Virus record (IMG/VR): IMGVR_UViG_2832410175_000003
Location: 1 to 64,000 of that record
DNA: 64,000 nucleotides
Reading direction: 5' to 3' (one strand)
DNA from: a virus
Lineage: Duplodnaviria; Caudoviricetes
Below the pieces are notes generated by a model. That model did no database searches. It was not told where the DNA came from and saw only the letters and a list, made by a program, of their open reading frames with translations. Numbering within the stretch: the stretch's first letter is position 1; every line of letters begins with the position of its first letter. Positions 8,698 to 18,276 of the stretch are shown one piece after another. A program made the translations under genes and the position numbers.

Positions 8698-10401
8698 TTA
8701 GACCTTGAACATTGGGGCAACGTCATTACTAAAGCTAGCTTTTTTCGTCGTCTCGTGACCGGTGTCATTCACACAGCAAAAATGTCTGCCGCTGGCGGAA
8801 GAAGGCGAACGACACAACCAGTTACCCTCCAAAGATTGATCTGAGTATTTATACTTGGTTGTAACATATTGGTCATTAACATCAGCAGCAAAAGGATCGA
8901 TATTACCATCTTTGAAATACTTATACTGTGCCTGATGATTTTGTTCTGCTGAATTTGCATAGGTTCGAGCACCGTGAATCTCAAATTCCGCCAGAAGTGG
9001 AAGGAAATCAATGGTCGTCGTAACAAAAGACGCAGTATCAGAACCGCCGCCCGTATTATCCGTATAAATACACATCGGACGCATCACAGCGCGGAGATCG
9101 GCCGGCAAGCAGCTCATCAGGGAATAAGCTACCGGAGACGTTGCTGTTGTCGCAGTTGCATCACCGTTCTGAACGTTTGTAGAACCTAAAACATTGTAGC
9201 GCATTTCGGAATTCTTCCAGCCACCAGAGTTGGTATCAGGAAAAGGATTCATAACAAAAGTGAGATCGTCCAGACAAATATCCTTGCCACCGGTAAGCGC
9301 CGTCTTAAACGTGCCGAATGTAATGCCATCCTTCGTGCCGCCAACCGTACTGCTGTCGTGGTCAAAGTCCAAAATGTAAACATACAGCTCAGTATTCAGG
9401 CTCAGTTTCCCTGCCGTGCCGCTCAGCTTAATCTTCTTACAGTCGCCGACCGCCCACAGATTCTTAGCATTACCTGCTAAAGACTGCTTGCTGATATAAT
9501 CCCAGCTTGCCTGATCAAGTGTCGGCGGCGTCACATCATTCACACTCTGCACCACAACCCAGACCTCAACATCCGCCGTCGGCACGGTATCCGCCGTAAA
9601 CGTAACCGAGTTATCGCCCTGCGCCGTCATCTGAATGCCTGCTTCGTTGTAAGCGCTCATGCTCGTTCCCGCAGGCATCGGCATGATAAGCTGCTTGCTC
9701 TCGTCTTCAAGTACGCCGGAGACCGTTGCGGATTGGGTTTTCGCAGTGGAATCCCAGCCGGAAGCGGTGAGCGTTACTTTGCAGGCGTTCGGAGTGACAG
9801 CAGAAGTAGCCGCGTCTACATAGCTTTTAGGTGTCGGCATGGTATCGGTGGTAGGGGTGACTACGTTGTTGATATGTACACCATCGGGCTGCAAGAGCAT
9901 TGCGGTTTCGCTTCCATTACGACTGACGATAGCTTCCACTCCGTCCACGCCAAGCAGAACGTGTGCATTACTGTATACCTTGCCATCTTTTTTATAATGA
10001 ATCGCCGCAATCAAAGGATTACTTTGGTATACGGCAAAACCTTTGACGTATCGGTCTCCATTATGGTTCTCACCCTGCGTCTTGTAAAAATAACCTTCGT
10101 TATCTCCGCCCGTGATCGCGCCCGTCATCTTGCCGCCTGCAAGCGGCAGATACTTCGCAAACTGACTTGCGTGTGCATCCGTTGCGGAATTGTGGGAACT
10201 AACCGCGTCTGAAACATCGGTTTTAACATCATCCGCATTCGGAATCTGTGTGTTCGTGCCATCAGCGTTACCGGTATACAGCCGCTTTTCATCGGTTACA
10301 TACGCAACCTTGCCCTCTTCCAGCGATGGCAAACCGGGTTTAGGGCCAGTATAATCGACGGTGCTTTCGCCCGTCGGAAATGCCGAAATAATAGGCATCA
10401 T
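8698..10401 (-). CDS. Tail fibre / receptor-binding protein with C-terminal DUF6273 (C-type-lectin-like) domain
   Basis: YLPLAGGKMTG fibre motif; NSGGWKNSEMR; WLCRSP...FCCVN..G...VAPMFKV C-terminus. Confidence 0.7.
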   Translation of the reverse strand: MMPIISAFPTGESTVDYTGPKPGLPSLEEGKVAYVTDEKRLYTGNADGTNTQIPNADDVKTDVSDAVSSHNSATDAHASQFAKYLPLAGGKMTGAITGGDNEGYFYKTQGENHNGDRYVKGFAVYQSNPLIAAIHYKKDGKVYSNAHVLLGVDGVEAIVSRNGSETAMLLQPDGVHINNVVTPTTDTMPTPKSYVDAATSAVTPNACKVTLTASGWDSTAKTQSATVSGVLEDESKQLIMPMPAGTSMSAYNEAGIQMTAQGDNSVTFTADTVPTADVEVWVVVQSVNDVTPPTLDQASWDYISKQSLAGNAKNLWAVGDCKKIKLSGTAGKLSLNTELYVYILDFDHDSSTVGGTKDGITFGTFKTALTGGKDICLDDLTFVMNPFPDTNSGGWKNSEMRYNVLGSTNVQNGDATATTATSPVAYSLMSCLPADLRAVMRPMCIYTDNTGGGSDTASFVTTTIDFLPLLAEFEIHGARTYANSAEQNHQAQYKYFKDGNIDPFAADVNDQYVTTKYKYSDQSLEGNWLCRSPSSASGRHFCCVNDTGHETTKKASFSNDVAPMFKV

Positions 10402-10412
10402 TTCATCCTCCT

Positions 10413-10817
10413 TTATCCTAAGAGTACAACCACAGTAGGAATATCCACCGTGGGCTTCTTGCCGTCGCAGTTCAGAGTAAGCAATCCATCAGCCTGCGCC
10501 GCAATCGAAAGCTGAGCCTTGCGGACAGCTGCACGCTGATCTGCCGTCGCGCCGCTTGCAATCGCAATAGACCCGTTGGTATCAGCCTTCAGATTTGCTA
10601 CTGCAACCTGCTGCGAAAATGGCGCGGCGTCGCCAATCCAGCCGTCAGCCGTCAGCGTAATTTCGACCGAACGGCTTTGCTCAGCCTTTCCGGAAAGGGC
10701 GGCGTCGATCTTCACCATATTGGAATTGGACTCGGACGCCATCTGTTCGCGCCAGTCCTTGAATTTAGTCCCTGCATCATCTGTGACGAACAGGTCGTAG
10801 TTAGGTGTTTTGCTCAT
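10413..10817 (-). CDS. Tail fibre adaptor protein
   Basis: SKTPNYDL...SNMVKIDAAL N-terminus plus the shared C-terminal module. Confidence 0.6.
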   Translation of the reverse strand: MSKTPNYDLFVTDDAGTKFKDWREQMASESNSNMVKIDAALSGKAEQSRSVEITLTADGWIGDAAPFSQQVAVANLKADTNGSIAIASGATADQRAAVRKAQLSIAAQADGLLTLNCDGKKPTVDIPTVVVLLG

Positions 10818-10832
10818 CTCACACCGCCTTTC

Positions 10833-12050
10833 TTACAAAATCACATAGTCTAAGTCGTCGAGTGTCATCGTGTCTATATCAGCCAGAGACCTATCATCAA
10901 CTTCAGACAGCAGTCGATATTTTCGGATAAACTCCTCAATCGCACAGCCGAGCACCACAACAGAAGCCAGTTCAGGAGAAGAACCAGTCAACGCTGCATC
11001 ACACGCAACCGTGATAACGCTATCAGAATCAGCGTGCTCTCTCTTTTCGAGCAGAAAATGGCCGGCGGCCATATTCTCTATTTGGACAGCATTTTCAAAG
11101 CCGCCGAGCGGGAAGTGTTCCTCAAGCTCGCCGAGCTTCGCTGTGATCTCCATACCAGAGTTGCCGCCGGAGAAGTAGTTGTAGCACAGATTAGTAACTG
11201 CCGCAGAAACTACTGTTTGAGTCTCTGCGCCTACGGCATAGGTCAGTAAAAACTGAACCGGGAACGCGACTGGAATTACGGAAGTCTCAGTCTGCAGAAA
11301 ACTATTCTTTGATATTTCTACAACTGTAGAATCAAGAGTGAAAGAAGAAGCGCCGCCGCCCAGAGAATAAAGAATATCCACCTGCAGCGGTGCCGCGTAA
11401 GGCTCCATCGCTGTCATGCCGCCATCAGAGAAAAGCTGATAGCATAAACTTTGCAATTCTGCCTGAAAATGCAATGCGTTCTCGGCTTTGTCGAATTTGT
11501 GGCTCCAAGTCTGCTGAACTTCTGCGGAGAAGGGAAGTGCGCCGGTTGCTTTTTCAAGCGTCTGCTTAGTCTCCTGCGCGGTGGTCTGAATCTCCAAACC
11601 ATTCTCCGTGCCGGAGAGCTTTTTGCGTACTTCCATATTCAGCTTGTCTACCGCCAGAACAACAACGTCACCAGCCTGTTCGAAGGTCTCGGCGTGCAGC
11701 TCGGTCGGCTCGCTGTGAATCGTGAGCGCGTCAGGGAAGGAGCTCAGAATCTTGTGAGAGGTGAGCTCCGCTTTGCTGTCGATAACAAGCGCGTTCATGC
11801 CGTGTTCCATAACGTGCCGCAGAATCTGGTCAATCTCCGAATGGATAACCACACCTTCATCTACAGAGAAAAGGCCGGTCAGATAAGTATCGACCACATG
11901 GCTGTCTACGATGATTGCGTCATATACCTCGCCGACATATTCACGGAAGGGGATAGAGGATATCGTCAGGTCACATTCGGTGTAACGAGACTTGGTGACC
12001 AGATCAATGTCGATCAGACGGTCACGAAGATAGAGTTTATAATCCTTCAT
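10833..12050 (-). CDS. Hypothetical baseplate/structural protein
   Basis: 405 aa acidic ORF in the tail-tip cluster. Confidence 0.6.
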   Translation of the reverse strand: MKDYKLYLRDRLIDIDLVTKSRYTECDLTISSIPFREYVGEVYDAIIVDSHVVDTYLTGLFSVDEGVVIHSEIDQILRHVMEHGMNALVIDSKAELTSHKILSSFPDALTIHSEPTELHAETFEQAGDVVVLAVDKLNMEVRKKLSGTENGLEIQTTAQETKQTLEKATGALPFSAEVQQTWSHKFDKAENALHFQAELQSLCYQLFSDGGMTAMEPYAAPLQVDILYSLGGGASSFTLDSTVVEISKNSFLQTETSVIPVAFPVQFLLTYAVGAETQTVVSAAVTNLCYNYFSGGNSGMEITAKLGELEEHFPLGGFENAVQIENMAAGHFLLEKREHADSDSVITVACDAALTGSSPELASVVVLGCAIEEFIRKYRLLSEVDDRSLADIDTMTLDDLDYVIL

Positions 12051-12071
12051 GCTTGTCCCCTTATCTTAAAC

Positions 12072-12482
12072 TTAGGCGGTCGGGTTCTGAACGGACAGCT
12101 TGAGGTAATTCTCCTTGATGGTCATGATGGTAGCCGTCTCGACCGTTCTCGGCGTAGTCAGTGCGCCGTACATCAGCAGATTGCCTGCGCCGACCTCGTT
12201 GGAATCATATACAACAAAGTGGGTAACAGTGCCCCAGCCGTTGGTAGACTCGTTGAAATTGATTGCCTGCTGGTTGGTTACCATACCGTCAACCGGTTCA
12301 CCCAGACTGTTCAGCTCAACACGAGCGTAGCCTGCTGCAGTCTCCGGCTCCGTTACATTGCCGCCGGTCTCATTGGGCTCGGTCTTGCTCAGGCCGATGT
12401 AATACTTCGTCGGAATAGCCGGCGTCTCCTTGGAACGGAATACATTGCCCGCCACAAGGTTCAGAAAATACTTAGTATTCAT
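12072..12482 (-). CDS. Phage tail fibre/baseplate protein
   Basis: YIGLS...GYARV...WGTVTHFVVYD...GNLLMYGAL motif. Confidence 0.7.
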   Translation of the reverse strand: MNTKYFLNLVAGNVFRSKETPAIPTKYYIGLSKTEPNETGGNVTEPETAAGYARVELNSLGEPVDGMVTNQQAINFNESTNGWGTVTHFVVYDSNEVGAGNLLMYGALTTPRTVETATIMTIKENYLKLSVQNPTA

Positions 12483-12494
12483 GCCTTTTCTCCT

Positions 12495-12875
12495 TTACTT
12501 AATGATTGGTTTGTCAATATTGCGCGTCACATACATGATGCCCTGATAGGGAATGTCCACATCTCCCTCGGAGCCTTTGATAGTGACCTGATAAATAAAT
12601 TTCCCCGCCAGATTGACCGTGTCAGATGGTTCGAGTTCGACGCGAAGAATGTTGTCTGTCGCGTCGGTTTTGCTCTCGATGATATCCATCGTTTTGGTAA
12701 TCAGCGGGGAAGATTTATTCAGATACTCAGCTACAGAAAAGTAGCCGGTGCAGCCTCTCATGCTGAGCGGGCGGCCGTTGTCCTCAAAGTAGGTATGAAA
12801 CGCCAGCTGCTGTGTTGCACCGCCAACAAATGTGACGGTCGGCAGCTGATAGGGCGATTGGTCGCAAAGCGACAT
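12495..12875 (-). CDS. BppU-like baseplate protein
   Basis: V.L.PSDT.NL.GKFIYQVTI motif. Confidence 0.55.
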   Translation of the reverse strand: MSLCDQSPYQLPTVTFVGGATQQLAFHTYFEDNGRPLSMRGCTGYFSVAEYLNKSSPLITKTMDIIESKTDATDNILRVELEPSDTVNLAGKFIYQVTIKGSEGDVDIPYQGIMYVTRNIDKPIIK

Positions 12876-12891
12876 AAGTTCACCGCCTTTC

Positions 12892-13056
12892 TTAGGCCGC
12901 AGAGTTGTCCTCTTCTGCGAGTTTTGAGAGTTGCTGTGCGAGGTTTCGGCAGCGCGTCAGCACTTCTGCCATGCGGATAGCATCATCGCCGCGGACTGAG
13001 ATTTCCGCCAGACGATTGTGAATCTGTGCTACTTCCGCGAGAATTTCTTTTGTCAT
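12892..13056 (-). CDS. Small hypothetical protein (54 aa, not in ORF track)
   Basis: SD AAGGAG; MTKEILAEVAQIHNRLAEISVRGDDAIRMA...; fills the gap between two genes. Confidence 0.65.
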   Translation of the reverse strand: MTKEILAEVAQIHNRLAEISVRGDDAIRMAEVLTRCRNLAQQLSKLAEEDNSAA

Positions 13057-13066
13057 GTGTGCTCCT

Positions 13067-13969
13067 TTAGATTTGATCTATCCACTCATTCATACATCGG
13101 GCGAGCGTGGTAAAGTACCAAGCGTACACAGTGTCGCCTGAGGCAACTTCGTTAATACCGGTAGAGTAACTGCGGCCGATATTATAGCGAAGTGAATTGA
13201 AGCGTTTCGCGGTCAGCCTTTTATCAGATGTTGTCATTTTAGTGTCAGTATATTGGGCATATTTTGTGCTCCAAGTCTGCCCGAGCGCGTTTTCAATCTC
13301 AATAACCTTACCACACATATCGTTCCAGACTTTATAGGAGAAGTCTGAAAGTGCCCCTTTGTTTATCAGAGCATCATACGCCGCTTTGGTCTGAGCTGCT
13401 GAAGCAGTACCGTTTGAAGAACTCCACGACCATTTAGATATGGCGGGCTTGTCTGTCGTAAATTCATCTGCGTCCAGCCATGAACCGTCAACGCGTACAT
13501 TGATGGCGTAACGTGTGTTCGGCGAAAGATTTTTGTATGTTTTCGAAAAAGAAGAGCCGCTCGCACTATAGTCTTGATTAACGACAGTCGTACTGGAATC
13601 ATTGTACGGTCGAATCAGTACACGAATGCTTTGGCCATACGCGAGATCTTCAACATAAACAGTAACAGAGTTTGTTCCGATATTGCCGGTATAAAAATAA
13701 GGATTAAGTTCCGTTTTTGTTCGGAATTTTGCGCCAGTTTGCCATACATTATTTACTCGGACATTGGCGATATAAGCAGTATCAGGTTCGAGACCACCTA
13801 TATCTGTGCTCATCGTTGTACTGGTCGCAGTCGCATAATCAGTTCCCGACACGTCCGACGAATCGTCTTGTCGGCGAACGAAGAAAAACAGGTCGTCGCC
13901 CTTTTTTACGCCGCTGACACGGACGGTAACGCTGGTAGACTCAATATTTCTTACGGAAACGGTAGCCAT
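13067..13969 (-). CDS. Fibronectin type III repeat virion protein
   Basis: Two repeats with GLEPDTAY / NLSPNTRY motifs. Confidence 0.7.
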   Translation of the reverse strand: MATVSVRNIESTSVTVRVSGVKKGDDLFFFVRRQDDSSDVSGTDYATATSTTMSTDIGGLEPDTAYIANVRVNNVWQTGAKFRTKTELNPYFYTGNIGTNSVTVYVEDLAYGQSIRVLIRPYNDSSTTVVNQDYSASGSSFSKTYKNLSPNTRYAINVRVDGSWLDADEFTTDKPAISKWSWSSSNGTASAAQTKAAYDALINKGALSDFSYKVWNDMCGKVIEIENALGQTWSTKYAQYTDTKMTTSDKRLTAKRFNSLRYNIGRSYSTGINEVASGDTVYAWYFTTLARCMNEWIDQI

Positions 13970-13981
13970 AGATCAGCCTCC

Positions 13982-16900
13982 TTATCCGAATGTAGCCGTA
14001 TTAGCAAGTCCGGTTACGGTTGCACTGCTGAAGTCAACATCTCCATAGAACACAATCTCATTTGATGAACCTTCTTTACCAATTACGATACGAGCACCAG
14101 CCGGAGACATCAATGTCACTTCCGGATAGTCAGATGGATAGTATGAGATTTCGAACATATGGTACTGTTTGTTATTATACATTCCGTACAAACTAAAAGA
14201 TCCATTGCCGTTTGACTCACTGATGACATTAAATGTATTGCCATAAAATTCTCCGCCATAAATTTTTGGAGATTTGATACTTGTTCCATCTATAAAAGTA
14301 GCTTTCGGTGCACTATATTGTCCCTTAGCAAGAGCCAAAACATCGTCAGCCGCACCTTCTGCGGTAGACATAGCATCGTCAGCTCGGTTTTGGGCAGAAT
14401 TTGCTTTGGTTACCGCTGAATTAGCCGTGGATTGTGCGTTCTCGATTTTCTGGTCAATCTCATCGGTTCCGGTAACTGCGCCCCAGCTGATGTTGCCGCT
14501 CTTAATAGTTACGTTGCCAGAACTATCTACTTGAAACGCTCCGTTGCCGATATTCAAGCTAACGCCTTCCAATGCTCCTCCAGTCTTTTCATCAGACTTA
14601 ATCGTGCCGGAAATCATACCGCCGTCAATCCTACCAGCCTTCAGCGTACCCGAAAAAGTGCCCGAAGCACCCTTCAGCTCGCCGGAGAATTCACCGCTCG
14701 TCGCAGTAATCTTGCCGGTAAACTCGCCGTCCTTGGCATAAACGGTGCCGTTGAAAATGCCGTCCTCGGCATAGATATTGCCACGAAAATAAGCCTTGCC
14801 GTCATTGGCGTCGATGTAGAAGTTCGTACCCTTTGGAATCTTCAAGCCCTTCAGTGTGATATCATCATCGAAAACAATCTTGCCGTCCTCGTCGATAAAC
14901 GAAGGGGTGACTGTCGTGCCGTTCGTTGTATACAGGTCTCCCTTGCCGGATGCAATGCCGTAGCGTGGGTCGATTAAAATCTTACCGCCGCCGTCCTTCG
15001 CCAAAACAAAGGTAGAGTTATACAGCCAAGCGCCGGTAGCGTCAACCTTGAACTGCATCACACCGTCATCATTCGGAGCCTCGATTACCAGACCGTTACC
15101 GATAAGCAGCTTGCCGCCGATGATGTCGGCATTTACGCCCCAGTGATCGCCCAGTTCATCAGTTGCAAAGTGCCCGATGGCAACTTTTGCGCTCTGGAAA
15201 CCGTCGTCGGACATGGCAATCATGCCGTTAATAATGCGAATCTGATACGGAGAGTCGGGCTCGCCGATATGCAGACCAGCGCCGTCAATGCGGACACTCT
15301 GGTTCTTTGCGCCGATGATAGAATTGACCGCCGCGTCCAGAGAACTGTTCATGAACTCGGAAACCTTAGAAGCCTGATTCGCCGTCTGATTGTAGGTATA
15401 CTTCGCCGCGTCAAAACTGCGGCTTGAAGAATAGCTGTTCTCAATCATCTCTTTCAGGTTCGCCACGTTGTCATGACGCTTAAACCTGTTGGAGAAGGTG
15501 AGCGACAGCTTTTCCTGATCCTCAAAGTCGAGATCGAATCCAATCAGAACAGGGGTGATAACCTCATCATTGTGCAGACGCAGGTAAACGCCTTTGCCGA
15601 GTTCCAGCCCTTTTCGGAACGGCTCGAACTCCTGCGCCCAAATGAAGTTGCCGGTTTCAACGCTGAACTCATAGGTCGGCGAAGCAACGTCGGCGAGCGT
15701 CTTGACTGCATGGTCGTAAAGCTCCATCTCGACGGAATACTTCTGGTAGTCCGACACATTGGTTGTCATATAAAGGTCGGCCGCCGTGATATCAAACGAC
15801 AGAGATGTACCCTCATAGGTAATGACCTCTTTGTCGTTTACCTCGTGAATATCATTCTTAAGGTTGGACAGCGTACCGGTCAGCGTAATCAGACCGCTCG
15901 GTGCGGTTTTTTCGCCGATTTTCATTTCGCCGCAGTATAAACTGAGTACAAACTCGTCGCCGGCCTTGTGTTCCAGAGTACCACGGATAATTGAAACGGA
16001 CATTTTGTTCGCCGCTGTTACTACGGCAGTGCCACCAGCGATGGTGTACATCTTCTTCTTGATCTCGCCGAAGTCAACCTGCGCGATTGTAGAATTAGAA
16101 ATAGCAATCGCGCCGTTTGTAACCTTTGAACTCTCTCCGGTCACGGCGGTGTCAACATCGGAAGCAACAAATGTATCATCCGAAAGCGGCTGCTCGATAA
16201 AGTAGTGCCGTAACAGCGCATACTCGTCTGCGGTAAAGAAAGCCGTCAGCTTCAGCTCGTCATTCACGGCTTTGATTTGCGCCGGATAGGAGTCGGGGTT
16301 GGAAGCGTCGAGCGTGGTCTTGATATCTGCTACCACAGCTTCTTGGTCGGCGACCTCTTTCTTTTTCTTCTCCATGTTGGCGTTGATCTCGTCGAGCTTT
16401 TTCTGCTGCGAAGCCTTACCGTCCGCGGTCGTTTCCAGAGCCAGAGCCTGAATGGTTACAGACTGCTGATTCGTCAGGTCGTCCAATTCGGATTTTCGGT
16501 CAACCAGCTTAGCTTGTTCGGAGAGCAGCCGCGCTGTTGCAGAAGCTCGCAGTCCGACCAAACCCTTGTAGTATTCCTGACGGTTCAGCACGCTTTTCTG
16601 CCACTCTGTCCATTTTTCAGCCAGAGCAGAAGGAATATCGCCGTTCTCAATGAAGTACGAGATGTCGTAAATCCAGTTCGTGCCGGTCGGGTTTACTTGT
16701 CGTATGTCAAGGTCGTCCGCGCCGCTTGGGGTCATGGCAGTTACTAACTCATCAGTCAGTTCTGTGATATCAAGGTCAGTCACGAGGTTGTCGAACCCGA
16801 GGTAAATCGGCAGGGTAGACACATCATCGTCCGCATCATAAGCGTTGATCGTCTTATTATACACGTCGAATACAACCACGCAGCGAAACGTATCCATTGC

Positions 16901-17431
16901 GTCATCATACAGAAAACTCAGCGCGTAGTCGTCATACTGGTCGAACGTGCGGTAACGTCCAATTAAAGACGGCGCAACATATCCTGCCTTCCAACCCGGA
17001 GATACTTCCAGAATTCGCCCCAGAATGGTATCATCCGGCGTTGCGGGATTCCAAAAATTGAACGTGCCTTCCTCAAGGAAGAACTGCTTGTTTTCCAGTT
17101 TCTTCTCCAGAGAATATCCGGTCACCGACTTAATCTCTTCAATGCCGTCACCGGAGATTTCCGGCTTCATCAGTAAGAAGATTCCGTAATGTTCGGTGCG
17201 AATCACTTTGTAGCCAACCACTTTATCATAGAGCGGCGTCGGCACGCCGTCAGAATAGGCGGGAAGGTCAAAAGAGATTTCGCTTGTCTCGGAAAAGTTA
17301 ACTGTGATTTTCAGATTCGCCACGTTGGGAAGCGTGCCAATCGTGCGCTCGTCAGCCGTTTGGAGCAGCAGGGTAGGCGGCTCCGGCCGACCAAATTTGT
17401 CAAAGGCGATTTGCGTATAATCGAGATACAT
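13982..17431 (-). CDS. Tail-associated (Tal) / tail spike protein
   Basis: 1149 aa directly after Dit; G-x-x-x-G repeats near the C-terminus. Confidence 0.75.
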   Translation of the reverse strand: MYLDYTQIAFDKFGRPEPPTLLLQTADERTIGTLPNVANLKITVNFSETSEISFDLPAYSDGVPTPLYDKVVGYKVIRTEHYGIFLLMKPEISGDGIEEIKSVTGYSLEKKLENKQFFLEEGTFNFWNPATPDDTILGRILEVSPGWKAGYVAPSLIGRYRTFDQYDDYALSFLYDDAMDTFRCVVVFDVYNKTINAYDADDDVSTLPIYLGFDNLVTDLDITELTDELVTAMTPSGADDLDIRQVNPTGTNWIYDISYFIENGDIPSALAEKWTEWQKSVLNRQEYYKGLVGLRASATARLLSEQAKLVDRKSELDDLTNQQSVTIQALALETTADGKASQQKKLDEINANMEKKKKEVADQEAVVADIKTTLDASNPDSYPAQIKAVNDELKLTAFFTADEYALLRHYFIEQPLSDDTFVASDVDTAVTGESSKVTNGAIAISNSTIAQVDFGEIKKKMYTIAGGTAVVTAANKMSVSIIRGTLEHKAGDEFVLSLYCGEMKIGEKTAPSGLITLTGTLSNLKNDIHEVNDKEVITYEGTSLSFDITAADLYMTTNVSDYQKYSVEMELYDHAVKTLADVASPTYEFSVETGNFIWAQEFEPFRKGLELGKGVYLRLHNDEVITPVLIGFDLDFEDQEKLSLTFSNRFKRHDNVANLKEMIENSYSSSRSFDAAKYTYNQTANQASKVSEFMNSSLDAAVNSIIGAKNQSVRIDGAGLHIGEPDSPYQIRIINGMIAMSDDGFQSAKVAIGHFATDELGDHWGVNADIIGGKLLIGNGLVIEAPNDDGVMQFKVDATGAWLYNSTFVLAKDGGGKILIDPRYGIASGKGDLYTTNGTTVTPSFIDEDGKIVFDDDITLKGLKIPKGTNFYIDANDGKAYFRGNIYAEDGIFNGTVYAKDGEFTGKITATSGEFSGELKGASGTFSGTLKAGRIDGGMISGTIKSDEKTGGALEGVSLNIGNGAFQVDSSGNVTIKSGNISWGAVTGTDEIDQKIENAQSTANSAVTKANSAQNRADDAMSTAEGAADDVLALAKGQYSAPKATFIDGTSIKSPKIYGGEFYGNTFNVISESNGNGSFSLYGMYNNKQYHMFEISYYPSDYPEVTLMSPAGARIVIGKEGSSNEIVFYGDVDFSSATVTGLANTATFG

Positions 17432-17444
17432 ACACAGACCTCCT

Positions 17445-18233
17445 TTATGCGCCCACGTTGTACAGCATTCTGCCGCTGATTGTGAGCTTGCCGCTGCCAG
17501 TGATTTTCAGGTGATTATCACCGCGAACCAGCCGGAAAAAATTCATATTGAACTTGTCATACAGGTTTGTATCGTGGGATTCGGTGATGATACCAGCGTT
17601 GTTATCCACTGTAATGATAGAGTCAGCTGCGGGTACGCCCGTCAGCTTAAACTCGCGCCCATTGTCATCAGCGTTCACGATAGAGAAATCAGCCGCCGTC
17701 GGTTCAATGGTCAGCACGGGTTTGATATACTCCCGAACAGAGCTGTTGTTCCGAAAGACGATTTCAGTTTCGTCGACCACTTCGTATGTCTCTGTGAAAG
17801 GGAAGCCGTAAGCGTAAGGGCAGTCGCAGGTGACTGTAGCCTCAAATGCGAATGGCAGCCAGCCAACAGAGATTGGCTCGAGGTTTGTAATCAGGCAGCG
17901 GTACTGATAGTCTTCCATGTCGGGCTGACAAATGGAGAGCCATTGGTATTCCTGATAGCCGGTCAGCCAGAGTTGAACCTCTTGAAAATCGTAACGGTCG
18001 AGCGGCGTTTCCGAACCAAAGACAAGGTTAAACTCCAGAGGCTTCTCGTGGTAGTTTACGCCTTGATGAATTGGCTGAACGCGGCCGGTCGTTCTCGTTT
18101 CGATGATACTGGCTTCGTTACCGAACGCCGTGTCTTCGTTGCTTTTGCTGTCCAGATCACAGATAAAAAGGTTATATGCCAGAGACGACTCTCCGGCGAA
18201 CGTGAATTCGTAGGTGTTAAACAGGTTAAGCAC
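17445..18233 (-). CDS. Distal tail protein (Dit); probable start at CTG 18224
   Basis: Directly after TMP; CDCPYAY, FFRLVRGDN motifs. Confidence 0.75.
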   Translation of the reverse strand: MLNLFNTYEFTFAGESSLAYNLFICDLDSKSNEDTAFGNEASIIETRTTGRVQPIHQGVNYHEKPLEFNLVFGSETPLDRYDFQEVQLWLTGYQEYQWLSICQPDMEDYQYRCLITNLEPISVGWLPFAFEATVTCDCPYAYGFPFTETYEVVDETEIVFRNNSSVREYIKPVLTIEPTAADFSIVNADDNGREFKLTGVPAADSIITVDNNAGIITESHDTNLYDKFNMNFFRLVRGDNHLKITGSGKLTISGRMLYNVGA

Positions 18234-18276
18234 CTCCTATAGAAAGGCGCGGCATGTTTCCATACCGCGCCGGCCA

